A stretch of DNA of 64,000 nucleotides, from assembly GCA_038147085.1 (NCBI GenBank), contig JAYQSV010000001.1:485983-549982 (forward strand), in the 5' to 3' direction. Positions within the stretch are counted from its first letter, which is position 1, and each line of letters begins with the position of its first letter. The notes under the pieces were generated by a model, which was not told the origin of the DNA, ran no database searches, and was given only the letters and a program-made list of their open reading frames with translations. The DNA is from Candidatus Actinomarina sp. (GTDB lineage: Bacteria; Actinomycetota; Acidimicrobiia; Actinomarinales; Actinomarinaceae). Position numbers and translations under genes: made by a program. This document shows positions 8,879 through 20,440 of this stretch, one piece after another.

Positions 8879-10381
8879 TTATATTCTATTCGGGTGAAGT
8901 GCTAAAAATTGCATAATTAAATTCAATTCTTGAATGTATTGAGCAGTTGTTGACATATTTATCGGATAATTAATTAAACTATCTAGTACATTTTTGTTTG
9001 TTAAAATTACTTTTTGATTTTCAATTTTAAGACCTAATAATTTAATATATTCATTAGTTTTTATATTTTCTTTTGAATTTATTAAATTATAAAAATTAAT
9101 AAATGTATTAACTTTATTTAAATAATCAAAATATTTTTTTTTGGTTAATGCTTCTTCATACTTTAATTGATCAGATAGGTCTGTAATGTTTTTTTGGAAA
9201 ATTAATAAGTTATTTTCAATATTTTCAAAAAAAGTTTCTAGTTTTACTTTCGTTGTGTAAATATAATTTTCTAAGTCAAAGCTAGTTAAACAAGAACAAA
9301 TTGAATTATTTAAAATAGAATCACCACACTTCGAAGTTCTAGAGTTATTTTTTTTACAATTGACAAGTTGTAATTGAGAGTTGAGAATTTGCTTTATGTT
9401 CTGGGCTAAATTTAATCCAATAATTGGACCATATTGAAAAATAGTATTTTTAGAATCTACTACTTTAGAAATTTCCAGATTAGGTTTATTGCTTTTAAGT
9501 TTTATCCAGTAAATTTTTGTTAGTTTTTTCCCTTTTCTATTTAAATTTGGTTGTAGTAAATTGATTAATCTCGATTCAATTATTATTGCCTCTAATTCAT
9601 TTTTGCAAGAATGCATTTCTAGAATATTAGAATTAGAGATAATTTTATTTGACTTATAACTTCTAGAATAACTTAAATGTGACTGAATACGCTTTTTGAG
9701 GTTAGATGATTTACCAATATAATTATATTTTTCATTATCTTTAAATATATACACTCCAGCAGAATCTGGTAATTTGCCGATGTTAAATTTTTTCTTAATT
9801 GTAGTATCAGGTGAATTTAAAAAATTTGTTAGTTCCTTAAAGTTAGATATTCCATTTAATTTTTTGTCTACCAACATATTCATAAGTATTTCATATGTTG
9901 TTAACACGTCATCTTTTGCATTGTGATTATTTTTGTTTTGAGTCTTAAAAAATTGACTTATAGTTGACAACTTATGGTTTCTCACTTTATTTCTCAATAA
10001 TGCTCTAGACATTTTTAATGTGTCAATCTTTTCATTAAAAGAAATTTCTATTTTGTTTTTTTCAAATGCATTTTTTAAAAAACTTATATCAAAACTCAAA
10101 TTATGACCAACAACTATTGCATTTTCTAAAAAGGTTTTAATATTATTTAATTCACTTTTTAATTCAGGTGAGTTTTTAAGGTGCCAGTCGTATATTCCTG
10201 TTAATTTTGAAATAAACAAAGGAATATTTTTATTGATATTGAATTTTGAGTGATATTCATCAATAAATTCATTATTTATAACTTTCAACATATAGAGTTC
10301 GATGATCTCATCTTTACTTGGGTTTACACCTGTAGTCTCAATGTCTAGAACAACAAGTGGTTTTTTGAATTTTATATCCAA
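8879..10381 (-). CDS. DnaQ-like 3'-5' exonuclease fused to GIY-YIG (UvrC/Cho-like) nuclease domain
   Basis: N-terminus VVLDIETTG...HNLSFDISFL (DEDDh exonuclease). Middle GVYIFKDNEKYNYIGKSSNLKKRIQSH (GIY-YIG). C-terminal region carries a Cys cluster. Same architecture as the mycobacterial Rv2191 Exo-Cho fusion. Confidence 0.75.
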   Translation of the reverse strand: MDIKFKKPLVVLDIETTGVNPSKDEIIELYMLKVINNEFIDEYHSKFNINKNIPLFISKLTGIYDWHLKNSPELKSELNNIKTFLENAIVVGHNLSFDISFLKNAFEKNKIEISFNEKIDTLKMSRALLRNKVRNHKLSTISQFFKTQNKNNHNAKDDVLTTYEILMNMLVDKKLNGISNFKELTNFLNSPDTTIKKKFNIGKLPDSAGVYIFKDNEKYNYIGKSSNLKKRIQSHLSYSRSYKSNKIISNSNILEMHSCKNELEAIIIESRLINLLQPNLNRKGKKLTKIYWIKLKSNKPNLEISKVVDSKNTIFQYGPIIGLNLAQNIKQILNSQLQLVNCKKNNSRTSKCGDSILNNSICSCLTSFDLENYIYTTKVKLETFFENIENNLLIFQKNITDLSDQLKYEEALTKKKYFDYLNKVNTFINFYNLINSKENIKTNEYIKLLGLKIENQKVILTNKNVLDSLINYPINMSTTAQYIQELNLIMQFLALHPNRI

Positions 10382-10382
10382 G

Positions 10383-11174
10383 CTATTTTGTTAATTCCCA
10401 CATGCCAATTGCAGCAGCAGTTGAAGCATTAATAGAATCAACATCGTTTGTTGATCTTATACGCAGTTTTATTGATTCTGGGACAAACCACTCTTTACTA
10501 ATACCAAATTGTTCGGAGCCTACTACTAAAGCAAAATTGATACTTGGCTTATAATTAGTAAGTTCTATTTCACCTTCAGGATCTAAAAGCAAAATTTCAT
10601 AATTTTTTTTAAGAAGAAGATCAATGATTTCTTTATGAGTACCACTAGAAATATTCATATTGAAAACATGTCCAACGGAAGATCTGATAACATTTGGATT
10701 ATAGATATCAGTTATTTTATCAGACAATATTACATTATTGATACCAAATGATTTAGCTGTTCGAATCATAGTACCAAGATTGCCAGGCTTTTCTATTTTG
10801 TCAGGAATTAAAATGGGGCCATTTATATCATGATTTAATTCATTGGTTTCATAATTTACTAAACTAATTAATCCGTCCGGTCTATCTCTATAACTAATGT
10901 TTTGAAATACTTTTTCAGATACGGTTACTATTCTTATATTTTTATCTTGAAATTTTTTAATTAATGAAGCATTGTTTTCTCCAATCAAATATTCTTCACA
11001 AATATACAATGTATCAATTAAAAATTCAGATTTGATTAAGTGATTATTTTCCCGAAAACCTTCACATATTGTTTTATTTGATGTTTTCCTATTCCTATTT
11101 TTTTTTAAAGAAACTAAAAATTTATATTCTGGATTGTTCAGAGATTCAATTCTTTTATTTTGAGAAAAATTCAT
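10383..11174 (-). CDS. SpoU/TrmH family RNA 2'-O-methyltransferase (RlmB-like)
   Basis: SPOUT motifs LVVGSEQFGISKEW and NASTAAAIGMWE. Confidence 0.75.
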   Translation of the reverse strand: MNFSQNKRIESLNNPEYKFLVSLKKNRNRKTSNKTICEGFRENNHLIKSEFLIDTLYICEEYLIGENNASLIKKFQDKNIRIVTVSEKVFQNISYRDRPDGLISLVNYETNELNHDINGPILIPDKIEKPGNLGTMIRTAKSFGINNVILSDKITDIYNPNVIRSSVGHVFNMNISSGTHKEIIDLLLKKNYEILLLDPEGEIELTNYKPSINFALVVGSEQFGISKEWFVPESIKLRIRSTNDVDSINASTAAAIGMWELTK

Positions 11175-11754
11175 TATGTATTAGTTTCTTTTTATTATTT
11201 TTATTAATTATATCTTGATTCTTATTATCTGATATTCCAGCAGTTATCATTCCAGCTATTTTATAATTTAATGGAATCTTAAATAGTTCGTGTATCAAAT
11301 CACGATTAATATTATGTAAACCCATAAATCCACTAGAAAAATCTGACTCTTCAATAAGTAACATACAGTTCATCATTGCTGCACCAGCATCTAAATACCA
11401 ATAAGGAACATCCCAATTTTTCGAATTAATAGCATTTGTTTTATCTTTCATTTCGTACCTTTGATGGTATGCTTCTTCATTTACAAGGATAAAATATAGT
11501 GCTTTAGATTTTGAAATCCATGGGTTAAGTCCTTTTGAAACAAAATCAATTTCTCCAAAAATCTTTGAAACCTCTAAAATATTTTCACTTTCAGTAGAAA
11601 TCAATATCTCAATTCCTCGAGAAAACCCTGCGGTAGGAATTTTTATTGCATTTTTAGGTATATTTAATAATGGCTCAATTGAACATTCAATATCTATATA
11701 ATTTCTTACAACTTTTCGTTGAGTAAGTAGTTTAATTAGGGGAGAAGAAGCCAA
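11155..11754 (-). CDS. Nitroreductase-family protein (putative)
   Basis: RKVVRNY near the N-terminus, PTAGFSRG, and C-terminal W..DAGAAMMNCMLL...GFMG pattern resemble the nitroreductase fold. Weak assignment. Confidence 0.45.
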   Translation of the reverse strand: MASSPLIKLLTQRKVVRNYIDIECSIEPLLNIPKNAIKIPTAGFSRGIEILISTESENILEVSKIFGEIDFVSKGLNPWISKSKALYFILVNEEAYHQRYEMKDKTNAINSKNWDVPYWYLDAGAAMMNCMLLIEESDFSSGFMGLHNINRDLIHELFKIPLNYKIAGMITAGISDNKNQDIINKNNKKKLIHNEFFSK

Positions 11755-11759
11755 ATTAG

Positions 11760-12821
11760 TTAATTACTTAGTAAATAATTTAATACTGAATCTCCAACTT
11801 CTGATGTAGACATTCCCATTTTTCCTGCAGATAATGATTTAAGATTTTGCGCTGTTGAAATTATTGCATTCTCAATATCATTTGCATAACTTTCTTGTCC
11901 TAGCTCAGCCATCATCATAGATGCCGCACCTATACATGCAAGCGGATTAATTACATTTTTATTTGTATATTTTGGAGCAGACCCACCAATTGGTTCAAAC
12001 ATGGAAACTCCATCAGGATTTATATTTCCTCCTGCAGCAATTCCCATACCACCTTGAATCATCGCTCCTAAGTCAGTAATAATATCACCAAACATATTAT
12101 CAGTAACTATAACATCAAACCATTCAGGATTTTTAACCATCCACATGCAAACTGCATCAACATGCCCATAATCAGTCTCAATCTGTGGATAGTCTTTAGC
12201 TATATCGTAAAAAATTCTTTCCCATAAATCATGTGCGTAAGTAAGTACGTTTGTTTTAGCACATAAAGTTACTTTTTTTCTATTGTATTTATTTGCATAT
12301 TCGAATGCATACTTGATGCATCTATGAATTGCATAATAAGTATTGATTGATTCCTGAGTTGCTACCTCTTTATCAGTTCCATAATGAATAAACCCACCAG
12401 CTCCAGCATATAAACCTTCAGTATTTTCTCTAACAACAGTAAAGTTTATATCGTCAGACGTTTTACCATTTAAAGGTGTTTCGATACCTGGATAAAGAAC
12501 TACTGGTCTTAAATTAATATATTGATCAAATTGTTTTCTTAATTTAAGTAAAATACCTTGTTCCAAGATACCAGGTTTAACATCTGGGTGTCCAATAGCA
12601 CCTAATAAAATTGCATCAGAGTTTTCGAATTCTTCAATATCTTGATTTGTTACGAGCTGCTTACTTTTTAAATATCTTTCTCCACCTAAATCATTATTTG
12701 AAAATTTAAATTCAATATCATATTTACTTGAACTTTTTTCTAAAACTTTAACAGCTTCTGCAACTACTTCTGGTCCAGTTCCATCCCCAGGCAATAGAGA
12801 GATTTTATATATTTTTTTCAT
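11760..12821 (-). CDS. leuB: 3-isopropylmalate dehydrogenase
   Basis: Isocitrate/isopropylmalate dehydrogenase family ([11 protein letters not shown]...). Adjacent to leuA. Confidence 0.85.
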   Translation of the reverse strand: MKKIYKISLLPGDGTGPEVVAEAVKVLEKSSSKYDIEFKFSNNDLGGERYLKSKQLVTNQDIEEFENSDAILLGAIGHPDVKPGILEQGILLKLRKQFDQYINLRPVVLYPGIETPLNGKTSDDINFTVVRENTEGLYAGAGGFIHYGTDKEVATQESINTYYAIHRCIKYAFEYANKYNRKKVTLCAKTNVLTYAHDLWERIFYDIAKDYPQIETDYGHVDAVCMWMVKNPEWFDVIVTDNMFGDIITDLGAMIQGGMGIAAGGNINPDGVSMFEPIGGSAPKYTNKNVINPLACIGAASMMMAELGQESYANDIENAIISTAQNLKSLSAGKMGMSTSEVGDSVLNYLLSN

Positions 12822-14308
12822 TTATTTAATGCATTTAAAAAAGACTCAACAGAACCTTGAACAACATCTGTTGAAATAGCTCTACCTTGTTTCATCAAAT
12901 TTTCATCATTGATAATAGTTACAATTTCTGCTGTCGCATCTGCACCTTTAGTAATACTTTCAACTCTGTAATCAATAAGAGTAGCATCAGAATCTAGAAT
13001 GCTTTTTACCGCTGTAAATGCAGCGTGGATCATTCCATCACCTGTTGATTCTTTTGTAATTTCCTTTCCGTTAACATTAAGGGTTACTTTAGCTGAAGCA
13101 AAGTCATCTCTACTATTAACTGATATTGATACTAATTTAGGTTTATCCGAAGTAGTTTCAACTTGTCCAATGATAGCTCGTAATTCACTTTCTACTATTT
13201 CACCTTTTCTATCTGCAATTTTTTTGAAAGTTTCAAAACTATTATTAAAAGTATTCTCATCAAGGTCAATATTTAATTTCTTTAGAGCGTCTTTAAAACC
13301 AGCTCTACCTGAATGTTTTCCAAGTATAATTTTTGCTTCCTGGCCAACTGAATCTGGAGACATAATTTCATAAGTGGTTCTATTTCTTAAAAATCCATGT
13401 TGATGAATACCGGATTCATGACTAAATGCATTTTTTCCAACTACAGCTTTGTTGTATTGAACAGGATACCCAGTGAGTTTAGAGACTAATCTGGATGTTT
13501 CAAAGATTTCTTTAGTTTCTGCATTGATTTCAACACCATATTGATCTTGTCGAGTTTTGATGGCCATGATAATTTCTTCAGTTGATGTATTTCCTGCTCT
13601 TTCACCGATTCCGTTAATAGCACCTTCAATTTGACGCGCACCTGCAGTTATAGCTGTTAAAGAATTAGCAACTGCAAGTCCAAGATCATTATGGCAATGT
13701 GTTGAAATAATAACGTCATCGTTACCACCTTTAACTTCATCATATACCGAAGTAAGTAATTCTAAATAGTCATGTGGTGTGGCATAACCTACTGTATCAG
13801 GGACATTAATTGTAGTAGCTCCTTCTTCAACAGCAGTTTTTAAAACTTCAATTAAGAAATCTTTATCTGTTCTAGTTGCATCTTGAGCAGAAAATTCAAT
13901 ATTATCACATAGTTTTTTTGCGTACCTCACTGATTCCCTTGTGTCTTTTAAAACTTCTTCTTTAGTTTTTCTAAGCATGTGTTCCATATGTATTTGAGAA
14001 GTTGAAGTAAATACATGAATCCTAGATTGTTTTGCAACTTTTATTGCCTCCCATGCTTGCTCAATATCATCAGGATGACACCTTGCTAATGATGCAATAG
14101 TTGAATTTTTAATATTTTTAGCTATTAGATTTACACCTTCCCAATCTCCAGGAGAGGATGCAGCAAAGCCAGCCTCTATAACATCTACTTTTAATTTTTC
14201 AAGTTGTTGTGCAATTAAGAGCTTTTCATTTGGAGTTAAAGCAATCCCAGGACTTTGTTCGCCGTCTCTTAAAGTCGTATCAAAAATGATAAGTCTATCG
14301 TTTTTCAT
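12818..14308 (-). CDS. leuA: 2-isopropylmalate synthase
   Basis: [18 protein letters not shown]-like TIM barrel plus C-terminal regulatory domain. Confidence 0.9.
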   Translation of the reverse strand: MKNDRLIIFDTTLRDGEQSPGIALTPNEKLLIAQQLEKLKVDVIEAGFAASSPGDWEGVNLIAKNIKNSTIASLARCHPDDIEQAWEAIKVAKQSRIHVFTSTSQIHMEHMLRKTKEEVLKDTRESVRYAKKLCDNIEFSAQDATRTDKDFLIEVLKTAVEEGATTINVPDTVGYATPHDYLELLTSVYDEVKGGNDDVIISTHCHNDLGLAVANSLTAITAGARQIEGAINGIGERAGNTSTEEIIMAIKTRQDQYGVEINAETKEIFETSRLVSKLTGYPVQYNKAVVGKNAFSHESGIHQHGFLRNRTTYEIMSPDSVGQEAKIILGKHSGRAGFKDALKKLNIDLDENTFNNSFETFKKIADRKGEIVESELRAIIGQVETTSDKPKLVSISVNSRDDFASAKVTLNVNGKEITKESTGDGMIHAAFTAVKSILDSDATLIDYRVESITKGADATAEIVTIINDENLMKQGRAISTDVVQGSVESFLNALNK

Positions 14309-15321
14309 ACATCTTTTTTAATATCTTTTGCATTTAGAAATGGCATCATATTTCTCAGTTCTTTACCGATTTCTTCTATCTGATGTTGAGATGATTCAGC
14401 TCTTTTTTGTTTTAAAAATGGAGCCCCTTCACGCGCTTGTGACATCCACTCTTTAGCAAATGCACCAGACTGAATTTCTTCAAGGATTTTTTTCATTTCA
14501 GCTTTAGTTTGGTCGGTAATTATTCTTGATCCTCTTGAAAAATCACCATATTCAGCAGTATCAGAAATTGAATGCCTCATCCATTCAAAACCGCCTTCAT
14601 ATAGCAAATCAACTATTAATTTGACCTCGTGTAAAGTTTCAAAATAAGCACTTTCAGGTTGATATCCTGCTTCAACTAAAGTTTCAAAACCGTTTCTGAT
14701 AAGTTCTGTTAATCCACCGCATAGCACAACTTGTTCGCCAAATAAATCAGTTTCAGTTTCTTCTTTAAAAGTAGTTTTTAGAATTCCTGCTCTACCACCA
14801 CCAATCGCAGAGGCGTAAGACATTGCTAAGTTTTCAGTATTTCCACTTATATCTTTTTCTACAGCAACAAGACAAGGCATACCGCTACCTTCTGAATAAG
14901 TTCTCCTGAGTAGATGACCAGGACCCTTTGGAGCAACCATAGCAACTGAAAGATCTTCTCTGGGTACTATTTCATTGAAATGAATATTAAATCCATGTGC
15001 AAATAGGAGAGTGGCACCATCTTTAATATATTCAGCAATTTCATTATTATATACATCTGCCATTACTTGATCGGGTAGTAACAACATTACAACATCAGCA
15101 TCTGAAACAGAGTTTTTTAAATTTTCAACTTTTAATCCAAATTCCTTAGCGCGTATGTTTGATTTTGAATCCTCTCTAAGCCCAACAGTAACGTCTACGC
15201 CTGATTCAAATAAGTTAAGTGCGTGGGCGTGACCTTGACTTCCAAATCCAACTACGGTAACTTTAAGATTTTTTATTATGTCTTGATCTATATTTGAATC
15301 ATAAATAATTTTTGTACTCAT
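14305..15321 (-). CDS. ilvC: Ketol-acid reductoisomerase
   Basis: [17 protein letters not shown] Rossmann motif. 338 aa. Confidence 0.9.
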   Translation of the reverse strand: MSTKIIYDSNIDQDIIKNLKVTVVGFGSQGHAHALNLFESGVDVTVGLREDSKSNIRAKEFGLKVENLKNSVSDADVVMLLLPDQVMADVYNNEIAEYIKDGATLLFAHGFNIHFNEIVPREDLSVAMVAPKGPGHLLRRTYSEGSGMPCLVAVEKDISGNTENLAMSYASAIGGGRAGILKTTFKEETETDLFGEQVVLCGGLTELIRNGFETLVEAGYQPESAYFETLHEVKLIVDLLYEGGFEWMRHSISDTAEYGDFSRGSRIITDQTKAEMKKILEEIQSGAFAKEWMSQAREGAPFLKQKRAESSQHQIEEIGKELRNMMPFLNAKDIKKDV

Positions 15322-15329
15322 TTTTCTCC

Positions 15330-15803
15330 TTATAAATTTGTTTGCAAAGCAATTCTTCCTCCTCTGGCCATTTCTATAATGCCAAAAGGTTTCATCAGTT
15401 TTTCAAATTTATCCAAATCTTTAGAAGTTCCAGTTAATTCAAAAACTGCATAATCTTGTCCAACATCAACAGATTTAGCATTTGATAAAGTTGCTTTTTC
15501 AATAACTGAAGTTTGAGAATCTTTATTAATTGATACTTTAAGTAATAAAACTTCAGTTTCAATTGTCATATCTGGGTCAAGCTCGACAATTTTTATAACA
15601 TTTATTAATTTATTTAATTGTTTTTTTACTTGTTCAACAGCATCTAGCTCGGTAACTATTGTCATTTTGGATCTACCTTCAATATTTGTTGGCCCAACTG
15701 ATAGTGAGGTGATATTAAAACCTCTTCTTGAAATTGTTGATGAAACCCTAGCTAAAACACCTGGTTTATCTTCCACTAAAACTGATAGAATTCTTTCTGT
15801 CAT
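15330..15803 (-). CDS. ilvN: Acetolactate synthase small (regulatory) subunit
   Basis: N-terminal ACT domain [28 protein letters not shown]. Confidence 0.85.
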   Translation of the reverse strand: MTERILSVLVEDKPGVLARVSSTISRRGFNITSLSVGPTNIEGRSKMTIVTELDAVEQVKKQLNKLINVIKIVELDPDMTIETEVLLLKVSINKDSQTSVIEKATLSNAKSVDVGQDYAVFELTGTSKDLDKFEKLMKPFGIIEMARGGRIALQTNL

Positions 15804-17512
15804 AAATTTTCCAAATCTTTTTCATTAAGAAGAATATTATCATTGCTTCCACCAGCTGGAACCATAGGAAATACCATATCATCAGGATCTACGACACAAT
15901 CTACTAAAACTGGTTTATCGTTAATTTCTAACATTCGTTCAAAGATATTTTTTACTTCACTTTTTTGGCTTACTCTCAGTCCGACAGCCCCCATTGATTC
16001 TGCTAATTTAACATAGTCAGGTGTATGGTGAGTTAACTCTGAAGCAGAGAAACGACTTTTATAAAATATTTTTTGCCATTGTCTTACCATGCCATGGTTG
16101 CCATTATTAAAAACTACGATTTTAAGAGGTATATTTTCAGTAGACGCAGTTATAAGTTCTTGGCAGGTCATTTGGAAGCAACCATCACCATCTAAAGCTA
16201 AAACTAATTTATCTGGATAGGCAGCCTTTGCTCCAATTGCAGCTGGAAGAGCATATCCCATTGTGCCAAGACCACCCGAATTTAGCCATGTATTTGGTTT
16301 TTCAAACTTCCAATGTTGTGATATCCACATTTGATGTTGTCCAACTCCTGATACAACAATAGCTTCATCTTTAGTTAATTTTTGAATTTCTTCTAATACG
16401 AATGGTACTTTGAGAGGCCCATCTTCATTTTGTGAATAACTTAAAGGAAAGTCTGTTTTCATTTTTGAGATAGACTCTATCCAAGCTTCTACATCTAACT
16501 TTGAATCTCCCAAAGTATCAATCAATGCAGTTACAACACTTTTTGCATCACCTACAATTGGGACTTCTGCTTCTCTAACTTTTCCAATCTCTGCTGGGTC
16601 GATGTCAGCGTGTATTACTTTTGCGTTTTGTGCAAAAAATTCTGGATTAGCAGTTACTCTATCATCAAACCTCACACCAATAGCAATTAATAAATCAGAT
16701 TTTTGTATTGAAGTAGTTGCAGTATAGTTACCATGCATACCAGGCATTCCTAAGCATAGACTATTACCATCAGGAAATCCTCCTCGTCCCATTAGTGTTG
16801 TTACAACTGGAATATTATATTTTGTTGATAGTTCAAATATTTCATTATTAGCTTTTGAGTGAATAACTCCACCACCAATATATAGAACAGGCTTTTTTGA
16901 ATTTTTAATTAACTCAACAGCTTGCTGAATCATTTTTGGATTTGGTTCAAGAGTTGGTTTATAGCCTGGTAAATTTATCGGTCCTGGCTCTATCCAAGCT
17001 GAAACCTCATTAAGGACATCTTTTGGAATATCAACCAAAACTGGTCCGGGTCTACCTGTAGTTGCTATATATTTTGCTTCTTTTAGTATTTGTGGTATTT
17101 CAGAAGCTTTTGTAATTAGATAATTATGCTTAGTAGCAGCCATTGATAATCCTACAGTGTATGCCTCTTGAAAAGCATCATTACCAATAGCAGTTGTTGC
17201 TACCTGTCCAGTAATGGCTAAAAGCGGTGTTGAGTCCATAAGTGCATTAGCCAAGGAAGTAATTAAATTTGTTGCTCCGGGTCCAGATGTTGCAATAACT
17301 ACACCAAGCTCTCCTGTTGCCTGAGCATATCCTTCAGCCATATGACCTGCACCTTGTTCGTGTCTAGCAAGGACATGCCTGACTGGACTATCATAAAGTG
17401 GATCATAGGCAGGTAGTATTGCTCCACCAGGTACACCAAAGACAGTAGATATATTTAAATATTCAAGACTTCTGACTACTAATTCTGCACCACTTAAATT
17501 TTCGTTACTCAT
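15800..17512 (-). CDS. ilvB: Acetolactate synthase large subunit
   Basis: ThDP-dependent AHAS family. Start moved to the ATG at 17512 (MSNENLSGAELVV...). The ORF-track TTG extension runs through the terminator hairpin. Confidence 0.9.
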   Translation of the reverse strand: MSNENLSGAELVVRSLEYLNISTVFGVPGGAILPAYDPLYDSPVRHVLARHEQGAGHMAEGYAQATGELGVVIATSGPGATNLITSLANALMDSTPLLAITGQVATTAIGNDAFQEAYTVGLSMAATKHNYLITKASEIPQILKEAKYIATTGRPGPVLVDIPKDVLNEVSAWIEPGPINLPGYKPTLEPNPKMIQQAVELIKNSKKPVLYIGGGVIHSKANNEIFELSTKYNIPVVTTLMGRGGFPDGNSLCLGMPGMHGNYTATTSIQKSDLLIAIGVRFDDRVTANPEFFAQNAKVIHADIDPAEIGKVREAEVPIVGDAKSVVTALIDTLGDSKLDVEAWIESISKMKTDFPLSYSQNEDGPLKVPFVLEEIQKLTKDEAIVVSGVGQHQMWISQHWKFEKPNTWLNSGGLGTMGYALPAAIGAKAAYPDKLVLALDGDGCFQMTCQELITASTENIPLKIVVFNNGNHGMVRQWQKIFYKSRFSASELTHHTPDYVKLAESMGAVGLRVSQKSEVKNIFERMLEINDKPVLVDCVVDPDDMVFPMVPAGGSNDNILLNEKDLENL

Positions 17513-17654
17513 AAACTTCTTTCCAAAAAAAAACCTCCCACTTTGGGAGGCGCTCAATGCATAACAATGAGCGCTATTTAAGTAATAGCACTAACACTGA
17601 AATGAGAACGTTTAAATTTTTCATTTAGAACTACTATAGTAATCACTACAAAAA
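17513..17654 (-). promoter_or_regulatory. ilvB leader/attenuator: leader peptide ORF, 7-bp hairpin, intrinsic terminator (hairpin + U9)
   Basis: Minus strand reads ATG AAA AAT TTA AAC GTT CTC ATT TCA GTG TTA GTG CTA TTA CTT AAA TAG (MKNLNVLISVLVLLLK). Then hairpin GCGCUCA(uuguuaugcau)UGAGCGC (17550..17574). Then CCUCCCAaagUGGGAGG (17534..17550) + UUUUUUUUU (17525..17533), 12 nt before the ilvB ATG. Confidence 0.65.
17574..17624 (-). CDS. ilvB operon leader peptide MKNLNVLISVLVLLLK (16 aa, 10 of 16 residues Leu/Val/Ile)
   Basis: Short ORF found by eye upstream of ilvB. Branched-chain-rich, with its stop codon overlapping the first hairpin. Confidence 0.6.
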   Translation of the reverse strand: MKNLNVLISVLVLLLK

Positions 17655-18764
17655 ATGAAAGAAATTATTCTTAAAAATTTTTTCCAAGAAAATGGAATTG
17701 AAGTTCCAAAAAACTTCGAAGTGAAAGTGGTTAAGCTACCTTCGAATCTTGATTTTTCACAGAAAATTTATAGTGCTAAAAATTCAAACTTACATGCTGA
17801 TATGAAATTTACATTTAAAGATCCTTTTTACTCTGGTTTGACTAATAAATTTGAATGGGCCAAGTCAGCTTTAATAATTACATATCGATACAAAGAAAAA
17901 AATGAAATGGCATTAACACCTAAAACTGGTCAAGGAAGAATTGCAAAATTTGCAGAAGAAGATTTTTACAAACCTTTGAAAGAGTTTAGTAAACAAATAG
18001 AGACAAAATTAGTGAAAGAAAGAATATTATTCACAACTTTTATTGATAACCCCAATCATTATGATCGAATGTTCTTTGAATCTTCAGGATTAGGTTGGCA
18101 AGGTAAAAGTACAATGATGTTATCGCCCGGCATTGGACCTTGGATGTTAATAGCAACAATTTATGTAAGTGAAAATTTTCAACCCGATAAAATTAAAAAA
18201 TTTAGTTGCGGTAGTTGTAATTTATGTCAAATTTCTTGTCCAACAGGAGCGCTTGATGAAGAATATCAACTTGATTCTAATAAATGTATATCATATTGGT
18301 TACAATCACCTCAAACTATACCTTATAAAATGAGAATTGCTATTGGCAATAGATTATATGGTTGTGATGAATGCTTACTATCATGTCCACCAGGACAAGA
18401 TAGTACTAAAATCGAAATTAAATCTACTAAAGCGAATATAGATTTAGCTGAAATTTTAGATATGAGTGACAATGAATTATTAGAAAAATTTTATTGGTTT
18501 TATATACCGAGAAGAGATGCGGATTTTATAAGGAGAAATGCAATAATTGTTGCAGCAAATAATATAAATAATTCTCTAGAAGTTAAATTATTAGAAAAAT
18601 TTGTACATTTCTCAGAAAATCTCAAATTGTATATAATTTGGGCTTTTTGGAGATTTGGAAAACTAAATAATTTGGAAAAATTTATTAAAAATTCAAACTT
18701 TATGAATGAAACATATTTAAATGAAATTCAAAAACTTAAAATGATGAAACTAGAAGCTTTATAA
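17655..18764 (+). CDS. queG: tRNA epoxyqueuosine reductase QueG (4Fe-4S)
   Basis: CGSCNLCQISCPTGA and CDECLLSCPPG ferredoxin-type cluster motifs with intervening CISYWLQ. About 370 aa. Confidence 0.65.
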   Translation: MKEIILKNFFQENGIEVPKNFEVKVVKLPSNLDFSQKIYSAKNSNLHADMKFTFKDPFYSGLTNKFEWAKSALIITYRYKEKNEMALTPKTGQGRIAKFAEEDFYKPLKEFSKQIETKLVKERILFTTFIDNPNHYDRMFFESSGLGWQGKSTMMLSPGIGPWMLIATIYVSENFQPDKIKKFSCGSCNLCQISCPTGALDEEYQLDSNKCISYWLQSPQTIPYKMRIAIGNRLYGCDECLLSCPPGQDSTKIEIKSTKANIDLAEILDMSDNELLEKFYWFYIPRRDADFIRRNAIIVAANNINNSLEVKLLEKFVHFSENLKLYIIWAFWRFGKLNNLEKFIKNSNFMNETYLNEIQKLKMMKLEAL

Positions 18765-18778
18765 TCTATGCTTGAACT

Positions 18779-20440
18779 ATGAAAAGAATTTCAGATGATG
18801 TCACTCAAGGAGTAAATAAGTCAGCAGCTAGAGCAATGCTTCGAGCTGTTGGTTTAAAAGACGAAGACTTTCAGAAATTTCAGGTTGGGATCGTTTCTGC
18901 AGGAAATGAAGTTACACCTTGTAACTTAACAGGACCAGAACTTTCTGAACATGCAAAATTAGGTGTAAACGGTCAAGATTCAGCTGGACTTATATTTTCT
19001 ACAATAGCTGTTTCTGATGGTATTTCTATGGGTCATGAGGGAATGAGAGCATCGTTAGTCTCACGAGAAGTTATTGCTGACTCAGTTGAACTAGTTATGC
19101 ACGCAGAGAGATTTGATGGAATGGTTACTATAGCAGGGTGTGATAAGTCTTTACCAGGTATGTTGATGGCTGCAGCACGAATTAATCTCCCAAGTATTTT
19201 TTTATATGGAGGCAGTAGTTTACCTGGGACTTATCAAGGTAAAGATATTTCAATAGTTGATGTGTTTGAAGGTATAGGAGCTTTTGAAAAAGGCTCTATT
19301 ACAAAAGAAGATTTATACGAAATAGAATGTGCAGCTTGCCCAGGAGTAGGTTCTTGCGCAGGAATGTTTACTGCAAATACTATGGCTTCAGTAGGAGAAG
19401 CAATTGGGATGAGTCTGCCAGGGACAGCAGCAATTCCTGCTGAGGATTTAAAGCTAAGAGACGCTGCCAAAAGAACAGGTTTACAGTTGAACTATTTGCT
19501 TAAAAATAATATTAAACCAAGAGACATTATGACTCTAGAAGCATTTAAAAATGCTATTACGACTGTTTTAGCTCTTGGTGGAAGTACAAATGCAGTATTG
19601 CACTTGTTAGCAATAGCTTACGAAGCGAAAGTTGAATTAAAATTAGAAGACTTTGACAAACTAAGTAGAAACGTGCCTCATCTCGCTGACATGAAACCAT
19701 TTGGTAAGTATCACATGGTTGACCTTAATAATATTGGCGGAGTTCCAGTAGTTTCAAAAATTTTGCTAGAAAATAATTTAATTAATGGAGATTGTATAAC
19801 CGTAACTGGGAAAACTGTAGGTGAAAATTTAGAAGAAGTAAATATCCCAACAAATCAAAATGTAATTTCATTCCCAGATAATCCAATTTCTCAAGAAGGT
19901 GGAATATCTATATTAAAGGGAAGTCTTTCCCCAAAGGGTTCTGTAGTTAAAAATGCTGGTATCGAAATAAATGAGTTTGAAGGACCAGCAAATGTATTCG
20001 AAAGTGAACAGGATGCTATATCTGCATTATTTGATAATGGAATTAAAAAAGGAGATGTAGTCGTTATAAGAAACGAAGGGCCAAAGGGTGGTCCTGGGAT
20101 GAGAGAGATGTTACAAATTACTGCAGCAATTAAAGGAGCTGGATTAGGTAAGGAAGTTCTTTTAATAACTGATGGTAGATTTTCAGGAGGAACAACAGGT
20201 TTATGCATTGGTCATGTTGCACCAGAGAGTTTTGATATTGGACCAATTGCATTATGTAAAAATGGTGATTCTATTTCATTAAATATTTCAGAGAGAAAAC
20301 TATCGCTAAATGTATCTGAAAGTGAACTTGAGAATAGAAGAAGAGATTATAAACAACCAGCACCAAGATATAATTCTGGAGTTTTATTTAAATATTCAAA
20401 ATTAGTTTCAGGCTCCGACAATGGTGCTGTAACAAATTAA
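18779..20440 (+). CDS. ilvD: Dihydroxy-acid dehydratase
   Basis: IlvD/EDD family, CDKSLPGM motif. 553 aa. Confidence 0.9.
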   Translation: MKRISDDVTQGVNKSAARAMLRAVGLKDEDFQKFQVGIVSAGNEVTPCNLTGPELSEHAKLGVNGQDSAGLIFSTIAVSDGISMGHEGMRASLVSREVIADSVELVMHAERFDGMVTIAGCDKSLPGMLMAAARINLPSIFLYGGSSLPGTYQGKDISIVDVFEGIGAFEKGSITKEDLYEIECAACPGVGSCAGMFTANTMASVGEAIGMSLPGTAAIPAEDLKLRDAAKRTGLQLNYLLKNNIKPRDIMTLEAFKNAITTVLALGGSTNAVLHLLAIAYEAKVELKLEDFDKLSRNVPHLADMKPFGKYHMVDLNNIGGVPVVSKILLENNLINGDCITVTGKTVGENLEEVNIPTNQNVISFPDNPISQEGGISILKGSLSPKGSVVKNAGIEINEFEGPANVFESEQDAISALFDNGIKKGDVVVIRNEGPKGGPGMREMLQITAAIKGAGLGKEVLLITDGRFSGGTTGLCIGHVAPESFDIGPIALCKNGDSISLNISERKLSLNVSESELENRRRDYKQPAPRYNSGVLFKYSKLVSGSDNGAVTN

